Position numbers and translations under genes: made by a program. Below, in pieces: positions 29,818 to 39,006 of a stretch of DNA of 64,000 nt. How positions within the stretch are numbered: the first letter of the stretch is position 1; every line of letters begins with the position of its first letter. Below the pieces are notes generated by a model that did not search any database, had not been told where the DNA came from, and saw nothing but the letters and a program-made list of their open reading frames with translations. Source of the DNA: a virus. Its lineage: Duplodnaviria; Heunggongvirae; Uroviricota; Caudoviricetes. The DNA lies in IMG/VR virus record IMGVR_UViG_3300031555_004162, positions 14,478 through 78,477 of that record. One strand, given 5' to 3'.

Positions 29818-30306
29818 TTATAAATCTCCTTTATCACTTATGTAATTGTCCCATATCATTTGTAGATAATCATAATAATCATATTGCATTGCCCATTCTA
29901 CATCAGATTCTTTATTCCATGAAAATGCTTTTTTATTTGCAAATAACGCAAGAAATTTATTAAAATACTCTTTTTGACTTAAATTACCATTTATAGGTTC
30001 TCCATTAGGAAATAACGTTTTACATACAGGAACTATAGTTGCAAAATATGTATGAATATCTTTTATATCCATTTCTCTCTGAAACATTAACATCCAAGCA
30101 GCTTGATTTAAGTCTTGAATATTCTTACTTGTAATCTTAATAATATTAGATACTATATCATTAATATAAAGTGATAAATTTTGAGCATTTTCAAGTGAAT
30201 TAGCAGAATATTTACTGATCATCGTTTTCATTATAAATTCTGCATTTTTATCATTAAGTAAATCATTAATTTTTTGTTCATTTTCATCAGATATATATTT
30301 ATTCAT
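29818..30306 (-). CDS. hypothetical protein
   Basis: 162-aa ORF. Confidence 0.5.
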   Translation of the reverse strand: MNKYISDENEQKINDLLNDKNAEFIMKTMISKYSANSLENAQNLSLYINDIVSNIIKITSKNIQDLNQAAWMLMFQREMDIKDIHTYFATIVPVCKTLFPNGEPINGNLSQKEYFNKFLALFANKKAFSWNKESDVEWAMQYDYYDYLQMIWDNYISDKGDL

Positions 30307-30307
30307 A

Positions 30308-30619
30308 TTAATATCCTCCTAATAAATCTCTTGTTACTTTTCCAGTTAATAAGTCACAAACTGTATTCATATTATGAGTTTTACTTACTAATTCTTTTAT
30401 ATCTTCAGAAGATAAATTAGTTAACTTATTTAATTCTTCTATAGCTTTATTAGCATGTTCCAATTTAGTTTTAAGTATTTCATTTTCTTTAATAAGTGAA
30501 TATTTTTCATCCAACAATTCATCTCTACTTTTTGTTAATGTTTTGATAGTTTTATTTTTAGAATCTATAATTCCTTGAAAATGTTTTTCAGCGGCTGAAA
30601 ATTTCTTTCCTTTTGACAT
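30308..30619 (-). CDS. hypothetical coiled-coil protein
   Basis: 103-aa ORF. Confidence 0.45.
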   Translation of the reverse strand: MSKGKKFSAAEKHFQGIIDSKNKTIKTLTKSRDELLDEKYSLIKENEILKTKLEHANKAIEELNKLTNLSSEDIKELVSKTHNMNTVCDLLTGKVTRDLLGGY

Positions 30620-30624
30620 TTTAC

Positions 30625-30882
30625 TTACACCTCTTCCAACACTAAACGTTTAAAATTATTATTTAAAAAACTAACAACTACATTATCCTCGTGAAAATCT
30701 GTATATATTTCATCTCTTGTCACGTGTTCAAGTATTGCGTCGGTAACTATAATACGTCCATACTCTTCTTTTGTTATAAACCTTTTTATTCTAAAAAGTC
30801 TTAGATAACTAAATCTATTTTCAGGATTTATCCCAATTATAATATCATCACGTTTAAAATTACAATTATAAAATTCATTCAT
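30625..30882 (-). CDS. hypothetical protein
   Basis: 85-aa ORF. Confidence 0.4.
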   Translation of the reverse strand: MNEFYNCNFKRDDIIIGINPENRFSYLRLFRIKRFITKEEYGRIIVTDAILEHVTRDEIYTDFHEDNVVVSFLNNNFKRLVLEEV

Positions 30883-30893
30883 TTAAATTCACC

Positions 30894-31268
30894 TCAAAAT
30901 TGATATTCAGATGCACACTTGTTACAAACCTTTACTACTTCATTTTCTGAATCTACCGGTTCACCGCAACATTCACATATATTTCCATTAAATCTTTTAG
31001 ATGGTCTTGTAATAGTTTTCTGTGAAAAAGTTGCTACTGGTTCTTCAATAGGAACTTCATGATAATCAATTCCTAATATTGTTTCTTCTTCATTTAGCTC
31101 TAATTCTCTATCAATAGGAGCTAAACGAAGTGAATATTTTAACTGATTTTTAGGGTGTCCATTAGTATGTGTAGCAATAGACGTAATATTAGCATCTCCG
31201 TGCATATACAAATAATTTCCAATAATTTGATGTAATTCTGATAATTTTACTACTCTTTTAGTTTTCAT
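30894..31268 (-). CDS. hypothetical protein with C-terminal zinc ribbon
   Basis: CECCGEP...CNKCASEY. Confidence 0.45.
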   Translation of the reverse strand: MKTKRVVKLSELHQIIGNYLYMHGDANITSIATHTNGHPKNQLKYSLRLAPIDRELELNEEETILGIDYHEVPIEEPVATFSQKTITRPSKRFNGNICECCGEPVDSENEVVKVCNKCASEYQF

Positions 31269-31282
31269 TGTATCATCTCCTT

Positions 31283-31456
31283 TTAATCAATATTGTCAAG
31301 TGCATCGATTAATCTTTCATACGACAATGATCTTTCAACTCCAAAAACTTCTACGTCATCATCACTTCTTTTTCCACTACTTAATTTTTCAATTGATTCA
31401 TTTAGCATCGATATTATATTTTTTGCATCTTCTATTGATAGTGTTATATTTTTCAT
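31283..31456 (-). CDS. small ORF (57 aa)
   Basis: ATG preceded by AAAGGAGAT, immediately downstream of the promoter module. Confidence 0.35.
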   Translation of the reverse strand: MKNITLSIEDAKNIISMLNESIEKLSSGKRSDDDVEVFGVERSLSYERLIDALDNID

Positions 31457-31491
31457 ATTTAGTATCTCCTTTACAACTATAATCTATTACA

Positions 31492-31520
31492 ATTATAACA
31501 CATTCTTTTATAATTGTAAA
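31492..31520 (-). promoter_or_regulatory. sigma-A-like promoter module, copy 1
   Basis: On the minus strand, TTTACA at 31515-31520, a 17-nt spacer, and TGTTATAAT with the hexamer at 31492-31497. Flanked by TTACAATTATAA / TTATAATTGTAA repeats from 31487 to 31548. Confidence 0.5.
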
Positions 31521-31601
31521 CCGTTTTTTTATAATTGTAATTAAACTGTAATATTATTTATCTATTAGCTTTTCAATATTTTTATTATTTGACATAATTA
31601 C

Positions 31602-32855
31602 TCACTCCGATGACTTAAAATTATATACAGGCTTAATAAGCTTTATAATCTCTACTGTATCTTCAATATTATTTACAATATCATTAATATTCTTATATGC
31701 TTGAGGAGATTCATCGAGAGTACCTTCATTAATACATGTAGAATAAATACCTGTCATAGATTCTGCAAAATCAGAAAGACTAATAGTTTCTTTAGCTTTA
31801 CCTCTACTCATTAATCTACCAGCACCATGAGGAGCTGAATTATTGTAATCCTCGTTTCCTTTACCTTTACAAATAAGAACTCCATCTCTCATATTAATAG
31901 GAATAACTAACATTTGTCCTTCATAAGCAGCGACCGCACCTTTTCTAATTATGTTATCATCTCCAATATAATTATGAATCGTATCAAACCATTCGGTCTT
32001 AATATTATATTTCCCTTTTTGTTTAATTCTTAACTTTCCACTAGTAGATAATTGAACTTGACAATCATTGAAATAATTCTTTATAAGTTCTTCAGCGATT
32101 GTAAATCTATTCAGTGCAGCGTATTTCTGACAAATTCTCATATCATGTAAATATTTATCTTTATCTTCACCAATAAGATAAAGTAAATTTTTAGGAATCT
32201 TATCTAACTTTGACTTATAATTATTTATGGCTTCTTGAATATCAGATTCCCTTCCAGATGCTTTCATTTCTGCTATTAAGGAATTTATATTATTCTTATC
32301 TTCTTCCTTTCCAGCTTTATTTTGATAATACTTACATACGTCTAATCCTAAATGTCTAGAACCAGTATGAATCATAAGATATTTGTTTCCTTCAAAATCT
32401 TCATCAATTTCACAAAAATGATTCCCCGAACCAAGCGAGCCGATAGCTCTTAATACTTTATCATATTGATGTTTTACCACATCTTTATAACAATACATAT
32501 TTTCAAGTTCGTCAAATTTCTTTTTCTGTTTTGAATTAACTTCAAATCCGAAAGCAACATTTTCACGAAGTATTTTATCAAATCTCTTATAATCTATATC
32601 AACATTTCCTAATGGAATTGTTAGTACACCACAACCAATATCGACTCCAACTAAATTAGGAACTACTTTATCTCCTAAATTAGCTGTAAATCCTATAACA
32701 CATCCTGCTCCAGCGTGACAATCAGGTTGAATTCTTATTTTACAACCTTCAACAAAAGGCTGATTTAATAATTGTATTATCTGACATATACACTCATCTT
32801 CTATAACATCTGTAAATACTTTAGCAGTACCATATTTTCCTTTAAGTTCTAACAT
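31602..32855 (-). CDS. rtcB: RNA-splicing ligase RtcB
   Basis: Motifs GVDIGCGV, CHAGAGC, GSGNHFCEIDED and APHGAGR. Start trimmed to MLELKGKYGTAKVF behind GGAGGAATAAA. Confidence 0.8.
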   Translation of the reverse strand: MLELKGKYGTAKVFTDVIEDECICQIIQLLNQPFVEGCKIRIQPDCHAGAGCVIGFTANLGDKVVPNLVGVDIGCGVLTIPLGNVDIDYKRFDKILRENVAFGFEVNSKQKKKFDELENMYCYKDVVKHQYDKVLRAIGSLGSGNHFCEIDEDFEGNKYLMIHTGSRHLGLDVCKYYQNKAGKEEDKNNINSLIAEMKASGRESDIQEAINNYKSKLDKIPKNLLYLIGEDKDKYLHDMRICQKYAALNRFTIAEELIKNYFNDCQVQLSTSGKLRIKQKGKYNIKTEWFDTIHNYIGDDNIIRKGAVAAYEGQMLVIPINMRDGVLICKGKGNEDYNNSAPHGAGRLMSRGKAKETISLSDFAESMTGIYSTCINEGTLDESPQAYKNINDIVNNIEDTVEIIKLIKPVYNFKSSE

Positions 32856-32856
32856 T

Positions 32857-33099
32857 TTATTCCTCCACTTTTGTAGGTTTATAAAGAGTAGCATCTTCAA
32901 GTTCTTCTAAATCGTAAATAATGCTATTAAGTTTATCTATTACAAGTTCATTAACTTTAAATCCATTTTTATCAATAATACGTTTATCATAACTTATATG
33001 ATGAATAGCTTCATCTATTCGGCTATATGCTTCTTTTATTAACCCTTTATATTTTTTATTTTCATTTTCATCTCTTGGAGTTATTTCATAAGCTTTCAT
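32857..33099 (-). CDS. hypothetical protein
   Basis: Start trimmed to MKAYEITP, which has GAGAGGA upstream. Confidence 0.4.
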   Translation of the reverse strand: MKAYEITPRDENENKKYKGLIKEAYSRIDEAIHHISYDKRIIDKNGFKVNELVIDKLNSIIYDLEELEDATLYKPTKVEE

Positions 33100-33158
33100 A
33101 ATGTTAATCCTCTCTATAATAAATTCTATAATTTTTAAATATAACTCTATTAATAAGT

Positions 33159-33860
33159 TTAGTCCCAATATGCGTTAATATTTTCATAATCAGGATAATT
33201 TTCTTTCATATAAGCGTCTAACTTTACTCTTAAAGCATCTTTTATCTTATTATCACTGTCATAATCACCTACAGGTGGTATACACTCTGTACTAAAAATA
33301 ACTATTTCACCATCTTTTACAATTCCTTGATAATCTGAATTTTTCCACACTTCATAATCAGAACTTTCATCTGCAACACGAGTCACAATAGTTTGATATC
33401 TTGTATTAAAGTTGATAAATGCATCTCTATCATAAAATGCAGCTTTATAAAAGAAATCTGCTCTCTTTTTTCCCTTATTGTCAAATAAATTATTCCACAT
33501 TGAATGGTCCGTTGCTTCAATTTTCCAACCTTCAGGAAGTACTACATTATAAAATAAATCGTCGCACTCATCAACAATAACAATTCCCATTTTCTCATAT
33601 TGTTGTCTTGTGTATTTAATGTTATTTTGCATAATAATCTTGTGTCTTTCTTCCCATTCCATTGAATCCTCTACACCGTTCCATCTTACCTCATTTGGCA
33701 GACAAACGTCATTTAACTTCTTTGGTAGTCTTTGATTTCTTACAACTGATTGTTGACCTCTTCTTTCCTGATTTTCAATAGCTTTAGAAGGATTTTCACC
33801 TTCCATTGCATATAGTATTGCATCCATAAAAGTAATCATATTATCATTATTCATTTTCAT
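33159..33860 (-). CDS. hypothetical protein
   Basis: 233-aa ORF. Confidence 0.5.
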   Translation of the reverse strand: MKMNNDNMITFMDAILYAMEGENPSKAIENQERRGQQSVVRNQRLPKKLNDVCLPNEVRWNGVEDSMEWEERHKIIMQNNIKYTRQQYEKMGIVIVDECDDLFYNVVLPEGWKIEATDHSMWNNLFDNKGKKRADFFYKAAFYDRDAFINFNTRYQTIVTRVADESSDYEVWKNSDYQGIVKDGEIVIFSTECIPPVGDYDSDNKIKDALRVKLDAYMKENYPDYENINAYWD

Positions 33861-33866
33861 TCTCCT

Positions 33867-34151
33867 TTAATTAAAATTAGGTTCGTATTTGACAGCTTTT
33901 TGTTCTTTAGTATATTCTACTTTACCACATTTCTTACAAGTTCTACTCCATCTATCCACTTTCTTTTCAGTATGACCAACTAATTCAGGATAATAATCTG
34001 ATCCTTGGAATCTTGTCTCATATCTTGGTTCTTTTACTATTTCCGGGTCAAACTTTACTTTATCCCATTCATGACAACAATTAGATTGTTCTCTATGTAG
34101 TTCTCTTAATTCTCTTTCATATCTAGCTCTTATTTCTTCTTCTCTTGTCAT
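33867..34151 (-). CDS. hypothetical protein (C-terminal CxxC...CxxC)
   Basis: Start trimmed to MTREEE behind GGAGG; CCHEW...CKKCG. Confidence 0.45.
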   Translation of the reverse strand: MTREEEIRARYERELRELHREQSNCCHEWDKVKFDPEIVKEPRYETRFQGSDYYPELVGHTEKKVDRWSRTCKKCGKVEYTKEQKAVKYEPNFN

Positions 34152-34289
34152 AATTAAACCTCCAATCATATATATTTACATTTTCTAAAGTTTTGACATT
34201 TTCGACATCTAACCCAGTATAAATATTCTTTACCTTTGGTTATTTTACTTAATTCTTTACAAGATTTATTCATCATATCTTTCATATTA

Positions 34290-34457
34290 TTATTCATCAA
34301 ATTCATCAAATTCATTCACTTCTTCTTTTAATTCTTCTAAACAATTTCTACATAATGGAATTCTAATACCATTTACTATCAAAACACCTTTAGTGGTGTT
34401 TCCACATATATCGTAGTTTTCATCAAAGTAATCTTTTACTTCTAATTTAATAGACAT
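34290..34457 (-). CDS. small acidic ORF (55 aa)
   Basis: ATG with GGAGGAA 8 nt upstream; CGN...CRNC and an acidic tail EFDEFDE. Confidence 0.35.
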   Translation of the reverse strand: MSIKLEVKDYFDENYDICGNTTKGVLIVNGIRIPLCRNCLEELKEEVNEFDEFDE

Positions 34458-34460
34458 GAT

Positions 34461-34679
34461 TTATTCCTCCAATTCATAATTATGTACTCTACTATAATCT
34501 ATATTTTCACCCAACCATGACAACATTGTAGAAGTTAATTCTCCATCAATATATAGATTTACTATCCCGCTATGAATACTTCCATCACTAGCAATTGCAA
34601 CTTTTTCAAAATTAAATATTTCAAACGTTCGTCCATCTTTTAAATAACCTTTTGAATTTACGTTTATAATTACCGTCAT
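34461..34679 (-). CDS. hypothetical protein
   Basis: 72-aa ORF. Confidence 0.4.
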   Translation of the reverse strand: MTVIINVNSKGYLKDGRTFEIFNFEKVAIASDGSIHSGIVNLYIDGELTSTMLSWLGENIDYSRVHNYELEE

Positions 34680-34742
34680 ATGATACTCCTTATTTGAATA
34701 ACTGCTTTCTAAGATTTTTATTATTTAAATATTTTTCTTATA

Positions 34743-35018
34743 TTAATAAAATTCTTTTTCAAGACGAATATTATTTTCTTTTACTAATAAACTGAGTTTT
34801 TCTTTTTCACAAACCAATTTATTATATTTATCTTCAAACATCTTATATTTTTCACAAGTTTTATCGTACGAATTAAAACATTTTATTGCATCGCCTGCCC
34901 ATTCAATATCTTCATTAATCTTTTTAATCTGATTTAAAAGTCTCTCTTGACTTCTAATTAATTTTTCAAATTCTTCAAATGAACCATTCTTCCATTTTAA
35001 CATTTGTTCTAAAGTCAT
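34743..35018 (-). CDS. hypothetical coiled-coil protein
   Basis: Start trimmed to MTLEQMLKW, which has AAGGAGG 9 nt upstream. The ORF-track N-terminal extension runs through the promoter and terminator. Confidence 0.45.
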   Translation of the reverse strand: MTLEQMLKWKNGSFEEFEKLIRSQERLLNQIKKINEDIEWAGDAIKCFNSYDKTCEKYKMFEDKYNKLVCEKEKLSLLVKENNIRLEKEFY

Positions 35019-35049
35019 TTTATTAACCTCCTTTATATTTTCTAATATA

Positions 35050-35078
35050 ATTATAACATAAAAATTTATAATTGTAAA
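35050..35078 (-). promoter_or_regulatory. sigma-A-like promoter module, copy 2
   Basis: On the minus strand, TTTACA at 35073-35078, a 17-nt spacer, and TGTTATAAT with the hexamer at 35050-35055. The upstream element TTACAGTTTTATTACAATTATAAGAAAAGGG is conserved. Confidence 0.5.
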
Positions 35079-35112
35079 CCCTTTTCTTATAATTGTAATA
35101 AAACTGTAAAAA

Positions 35113-35143
35113 TAAAAGGAGTCTCTTATGAGACTCCTTTTTA
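35113..35143 (-). terminator. rho-independent terminator
   Basis: Perfect hairpin aaaggagtctc-ttat-gagactccttt flanked by A and T runs; sits immediately upstream of promoter copy 2 on the minus strand. Confidence 0.5.
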
Positions 35144-35467
35144 TATTAATAATATTTAAACTATACACTATATTTTTAATAACTTATCATATAAACAAAA
35201 CAAACAAATAACTAAAAATCTAATTTATACTCATTTTTACTCGGCACAATACATTTACATTCACTTCATAATAAACTTTAAAGAGGTAATCTATATCAAA
35301 TAGTTTAAATATTATGATTATATTTTATTATTAATTTTATCTATTAATAACTGTTTACAAATATTTAATGCAATCACCCATTCAGAATTTATATATTCAT
35401 CCGATTCAATATAATCATTTATTAATCTTATAATTTCTTGATAAGTCATTTCATATCACATCTTTCA

Positions 35468-35989
35468 TCATAATTGAGGTAACATTTCCAATAATTCTTC
35501 AATCTTATTTTTAGTATTATCAGATAATATCATTTTATCTTTATTATTATCATACCAATGCTTTGCAGTACTTTTAGGATTATTATATTTAAATGATGAC
35601 CAATCACATAACATTTCTATAATACAATTTAAAGGCATATCTAATATTTTTTGTTCACCTGAATCTTTTTGTAAAATCCAATATTGCCAATGATGATCAT
35701 TACATTTTTGATGATGGTTCCAAGCTTCATCATATAATGCTTCATTATCGGCACCTGCTTTAGATGGATAAAAATGATGCAAATATGGATAAAATTCTAC
35801 ATCATCATACTTAGATGCATCATGATTATTTATTTTATGTTCTAATTCATGCTCATTAAAATCAAACATTGTTAAAAGATCATCTTTTATAGATTCATAA
35901 GATTTCTTAACGCCATCTATATGATTTTCTAAATATTTATAATATTCTTCAGATCTATCAGATACTCTTTCAGTTAATATTTTCAACAT
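35468..35989 (-). CDS. His/Trp-motif protein, paralog A (WNHH...HHWQYW...MP...CDW)
   Basis: Shares the HHWxYWI...G...L.MP...I.EM.CDW block with 39007..39549. Confidence 0.5.
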   Translation of the reverse strand: MLKILTERVSDRSEEYYKYLENHIDGVKKSYESIKDDLLTMFDFNEHELEHKINNHDASKYDDVEFYPYLHHFYPSKAGADNEALYDEAWNHHQKCNDHHWQYWILQKDSGEQKILDMPLNCIIEMLCDWSSFKYNNPKSTAKHWYDNNKDKMILSDNTKNKIEELLEMLPQL

Positions 35990-36050
35990 TTATTTTCTCC
36001 TTTAAAAAATAAACATGAGACATTTTAATCATGTCTCATGTTTAATAAAA

Positions 36051-36326
36051 TTATTCATTTATAAGTTTTCTTACAGTAGGTGAAAATCTAAATTTAGGAT
36101 TTTTCTTAGCAGGACTTACTTTTTCTTCACCTGTTTTTGGGTTTCTTACTACTCTTTCAGGTTGATCTATTGCTTCAAATTTTCCAAAACTATAAATTTC
36201 TACCTTTTCACCATTCTTTAAATTTTCATTTACTAATTGTACAAATGTATCAATAACCCCTGTAACAGTGTTAATTGATTCTCCTGTAGATATTGCAATC
36301 TTTTCGATTAATTCTTGTTTTTTCAT
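36051..36326 (-). CDS. hup: HU/IHF-family DNA-binding protein
   Basis: Start trimmed to MKKQELIEK behind AAAGGAGAA. GEKVEIYSFGKFEA...RNPKTGEEK...F matches the HU arm and signature. Confidence 0.75.
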   Translation of the reverse strand: MKKQELIEKIAISTGESINTVTGVIDTFVQLVNENLKNGEKVEIYSFGKFEAIDQPERVVRNPKTGEEKVSPAKKNPKFRFSPTVRKLINE

Positions 36327-36352
36327 AATATTTCTCCTTTTATTTAATAATA

Positions 36353-36655
36353 TCACTGCTTATTATATTCATCTAATGCTTTATAAATAGCAGTTTCAAA
36401 CTTAACACGTGTATCAGCTGTAATAGGATGATATATATCAAAAAATCCAGAAACCGGATTATTTTTTTCATCCAATGCAGTGATTTTTTGTGATGGAAAT
36501 GCAATAAACTTTTTCTTATTTCCATTTTCTATTTTTTCAATAACCCTAATATTATGCAAAACCATTTCATTGTCTATTAATACTGAAACTAATGCTTTAA
36601 CAGGTTTAGTAGGATCATTATAAACTTTTTTTACTTGAACGCTTGTAATTATCAT
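36353..36655 (-). CDS. spoVG: SpoVG-like protein
   Basis: KALVSVLIDNEMVLHNIRVIE...FIAFPSQK....DIYHPITADTR aligns along its length with the SpoVG consensus (KA.ASIT.D..FV.HD.RVI....FVAMPS.......DIAHPI). Confidence 0.8.
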   Translation of the reverse strand: MIITSVQVKKVYNDPTKPVKALVSVLIDNEMVLHNIRVIEKIENGNKKKFIAFPSQKITALDEKNNPVSGFFDIYHPITADTRVKFETAIYKALDEYNKQ

Positions 36656-36718
36656 GTCTTTTTATCTCCTTAATTATTTTTATATTTATATTTTATTATT
36701 TTAAATGTAAAAACGTAT

Positions 36719-37375
36719 TTAATAAATTAATTCATTAATAGGAGTGTTATATTTACATATTTTCCAATTTGAACAAAATTTAGAATTATAATTACGTTTT
36801 AAACATAATATAGCTGCTTCATTTTCAGTGCAATTAACATTATATACTTCATTATAAAAGTCTATATTATTAATATTACTAATACTTATTTTATATGAAT
36901 TATTTGAATTTTTAGTCTTATTAGCAAATCCTATATGAGTTCTATTAGTAGATATATAATAAAAAGTCCAATAATCTTTATATTTAGTAGTCGGATATAA
37001 TAGTTCCCATATATATGAACTAAATTTATTTATTTTATTAGAAATTTTAGCATTATATTCATTAAGTTTAGTATCTATTTCATTATTATTTACGATATTT
37101 TGCTGCATAAAATAATTATCATTAATATTTAAACTAATAAATCTCATATCTTTACTTATTTTTAAAATATAATACAATTTACCATTTCTAAAATTACAAT
37201 TAAAATATTTGTTTATTTTTCTTAAATCCGATATATTCATTAATCTATAAAATAATATGTTAATACAATCTTCTTTCTCTTCTATAATCATATTTCGTAC
37301 ATTATCTATTTTTGTATTTAAACTTATACCAATTAATATTTTTAAATATTTTAAATTGTTTGCACTTATATTCAT
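36719..37375 (-). CDS. Asn-rich hypothetical protein
   Basis: 218-aa low-complexity N/I/K-rich ORF. Confidence 0.4.
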   Translation of the reverse strand: MNISANNLKYLKILIGISLNTKIDNVRNMIIEEKEDCINILFYRLMNISDLRKINKYFNCNFRNGKLYYILKISKDMRFISLNINDNYFMQQNIVNNNEIDTKLNEYNAKISNKINKFSSYIWELLYPTTKYKDYWTFYYISTNRTHIGFANKTKNSNNSYKISISNINNIDFYNEVYNVNCTENEAAILCLKRNYNSKFCSNWKICKYNTPINELIY

Positions 37376-37427
37376 AATAATTCTCCTCTAATGCTTATTT
37401 AATGTAATTTGGAATTATATAGTATAT

Positions 37428-38588
37428 TTAAATTAATTTATCTACATGTTGAAATTCATCTAATGTAAATTCATAAACTTTATTTTGAGTATGATTTTGA
37501 AATACAACATCTTTATCACTTATTATATTATAATCGTTTGTAAATGTGTTCATTATTTCTTTAGAAATCCATTCTATAAATTTAACCGGAACACCTTGAG
37601 CTAAACATTGAATTGTAGGAATTTTACATTCATTAGGATAAAATATAAAATCATCCGGATAGCCCATTATTCTAGCATATTCTCTTATATATAAATCTCT
37701 ATTTTCTACAGGATGAATAAATTGAGCTAAACTAGTCATTGAAGGAGCCACTCCGTCAAAATCAAGTCTATATGAAGATTTATCCCATAATCTTTCTCCA
37801 TTATTTTTCTTTTCAATAAAAGATTTTACTTGTTTTTTATGTTCATTCGGAATTTTTTCAATGTCTAGATTATTTAAATTGTTGTATAATCCACACATTA
37901 AAGATTCATTATGTTTTACATATCTATAAAATTCTTCCATATTTTTAATAGCTCTGTTATTATCAAATTCCATATTGGGTGTGTCAGGAGTTAAACCTTC
38001 AAATATTTCTTTTATTGTTGTTTTATTTTGTTTAACAAATTTTATTTCAGGTATTTTTTCATATTTATTTTTATTCCAACCTACAATCATAGTTCTTAAT
38101 CTTCTCATACTTACACCATGATTTCCAGCCATATCTCGTATGATTGTAAATTTATACTTTTCACCTAATATATTCACCATATCTTTTAAAATAGGTAATC
38201 CTAAAGTCACGACTGTTGGTGCATTTTCTATTAAAAATGTATCAGGATTTAAATGATTTATAATATCAAATACTTCATAAAATCTATTATTTACTTTATT
38301 ATCTACTTTTGCATTTTTATTTATAGAACTTAATCCAGAGCATGGATTATTTGAATATAATAAGTTATAATGTTTTTCTTTTAAAGTGTCTAAGAATGCA
38401 TTTTGAGACCACTCTGATGGTCTCTTAATATTTATATTAGGATAATTCTTACAAAAATGATACGCATTAGTATCTGTCATATCTTCAGTCATTTCTAAAA
38501 CAGTATCTATTTTCCATCCTGTATTTAAATGTCCTATGGTCTGACTCCCAGAAAATATATATGCACCTATAGCTGATAATTCATTCAT
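37428..38588 (-). CDS. DNA cytosine-5 methyltransferase-like protein
   Basis: Motif I-like YIFSGSQTIG, motif IV-like NPCSGLS (PCQ.FS), motif VI-like LIENAPTVV (ENV) and motif VIII-like SMRRLRT. Confidence 0.5.
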   Translation of the reverse strand: MNELSAIGAYIFSGSQTIGHLNTGWKIDTVLEMTEDMTDTNAYHFCKNYPNINIKRPSEWSQNAFLDTLKEKHYNLLYSNNPCSGLSSINKNAKVDNKVNNRFYEVFDIINHLNPDTFLIENAPTVVTLGLPILKDMVNILGEKYKFTIIRDMAGNHGVSMRRLRTMIVGWNKNKYEKIPEIKFVKQNKTTIKEIFEGLTPDTPNMEFDNNRAIKNMEEFYRYVKHNESLMCGLYNNLNNLDIEKIPNEHKKQVKSFIEKKNNGERLWDKSSYRLDFDGVAPSMTSLAQFIHPVENRDLYIREYARIMGYPDDFIFYPNECKIPTIQCLAQGVPVKFIEWISKEIMNTFTNDYNIISDKDVVFQNHTQNKVYEFTLDEFQHVDKLI

Positions 38589-38612
38589 ATTTTATATTAC
38601 TCCTTTTTAATT

Positions 38613-38987
38613 TCAATCTAACTCTATTCTACCTATAAGATTTGGATGAATAATCATTTCCTTCATATAAGGAGTTAGATCGTAAAAATCATCTTCTCTT
38701 AATTTTTTAAATGGACTACACTCCATGCCTGCAAATAAAAATACACAAATTTCACTGTTATTATCACCTATAGGTTTTAATTTAATATCAGGCTTATTAG
38801 ATCTACATGTAAAAATTAATCTATATTTTCTAAACCATTTGGTCATAAATTTAGGACCTTTAATAGTCATAAGATGTTTAATATTATTCTCTTTAGCAGT
38901 CCAATCACAAGTATGTATTATGTAATCTTCATATATTTTTATTTCGTGTCCATTTGCACCCATGTGAGTATTTATTATTTTATCCAT
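38613..38987 (-). CDS. hypothetical protein
   Basis: 124-aa ORF. Confidence 0.45.
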   Translation of the reverse strand: MDKIINTHMGANGHEIKIYEDYIIHTCDWTAKENNIKHLMTIKGPKFMTKWFRKYRLIFTCRSNKPDIKLKPIGDNNSEICVFLFAGMECSPFKKLREDDFYDLTPYMKEMIIHPNLIGRIELD

Positions 38988-39006
38988 GTTTTCTCCTTAG
39001 TTAATT

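Noticed and set aside
34743-35168. The full-length ORF-track call, with a hydrophobic N-terminal 50 residues that could suggest a membrane protein
   Set aside because: The N-terminal extension is the translation of promoter copy 2 and the approach to the terminator. The real start is the AAGGAGG-preceded ATG at 35018.
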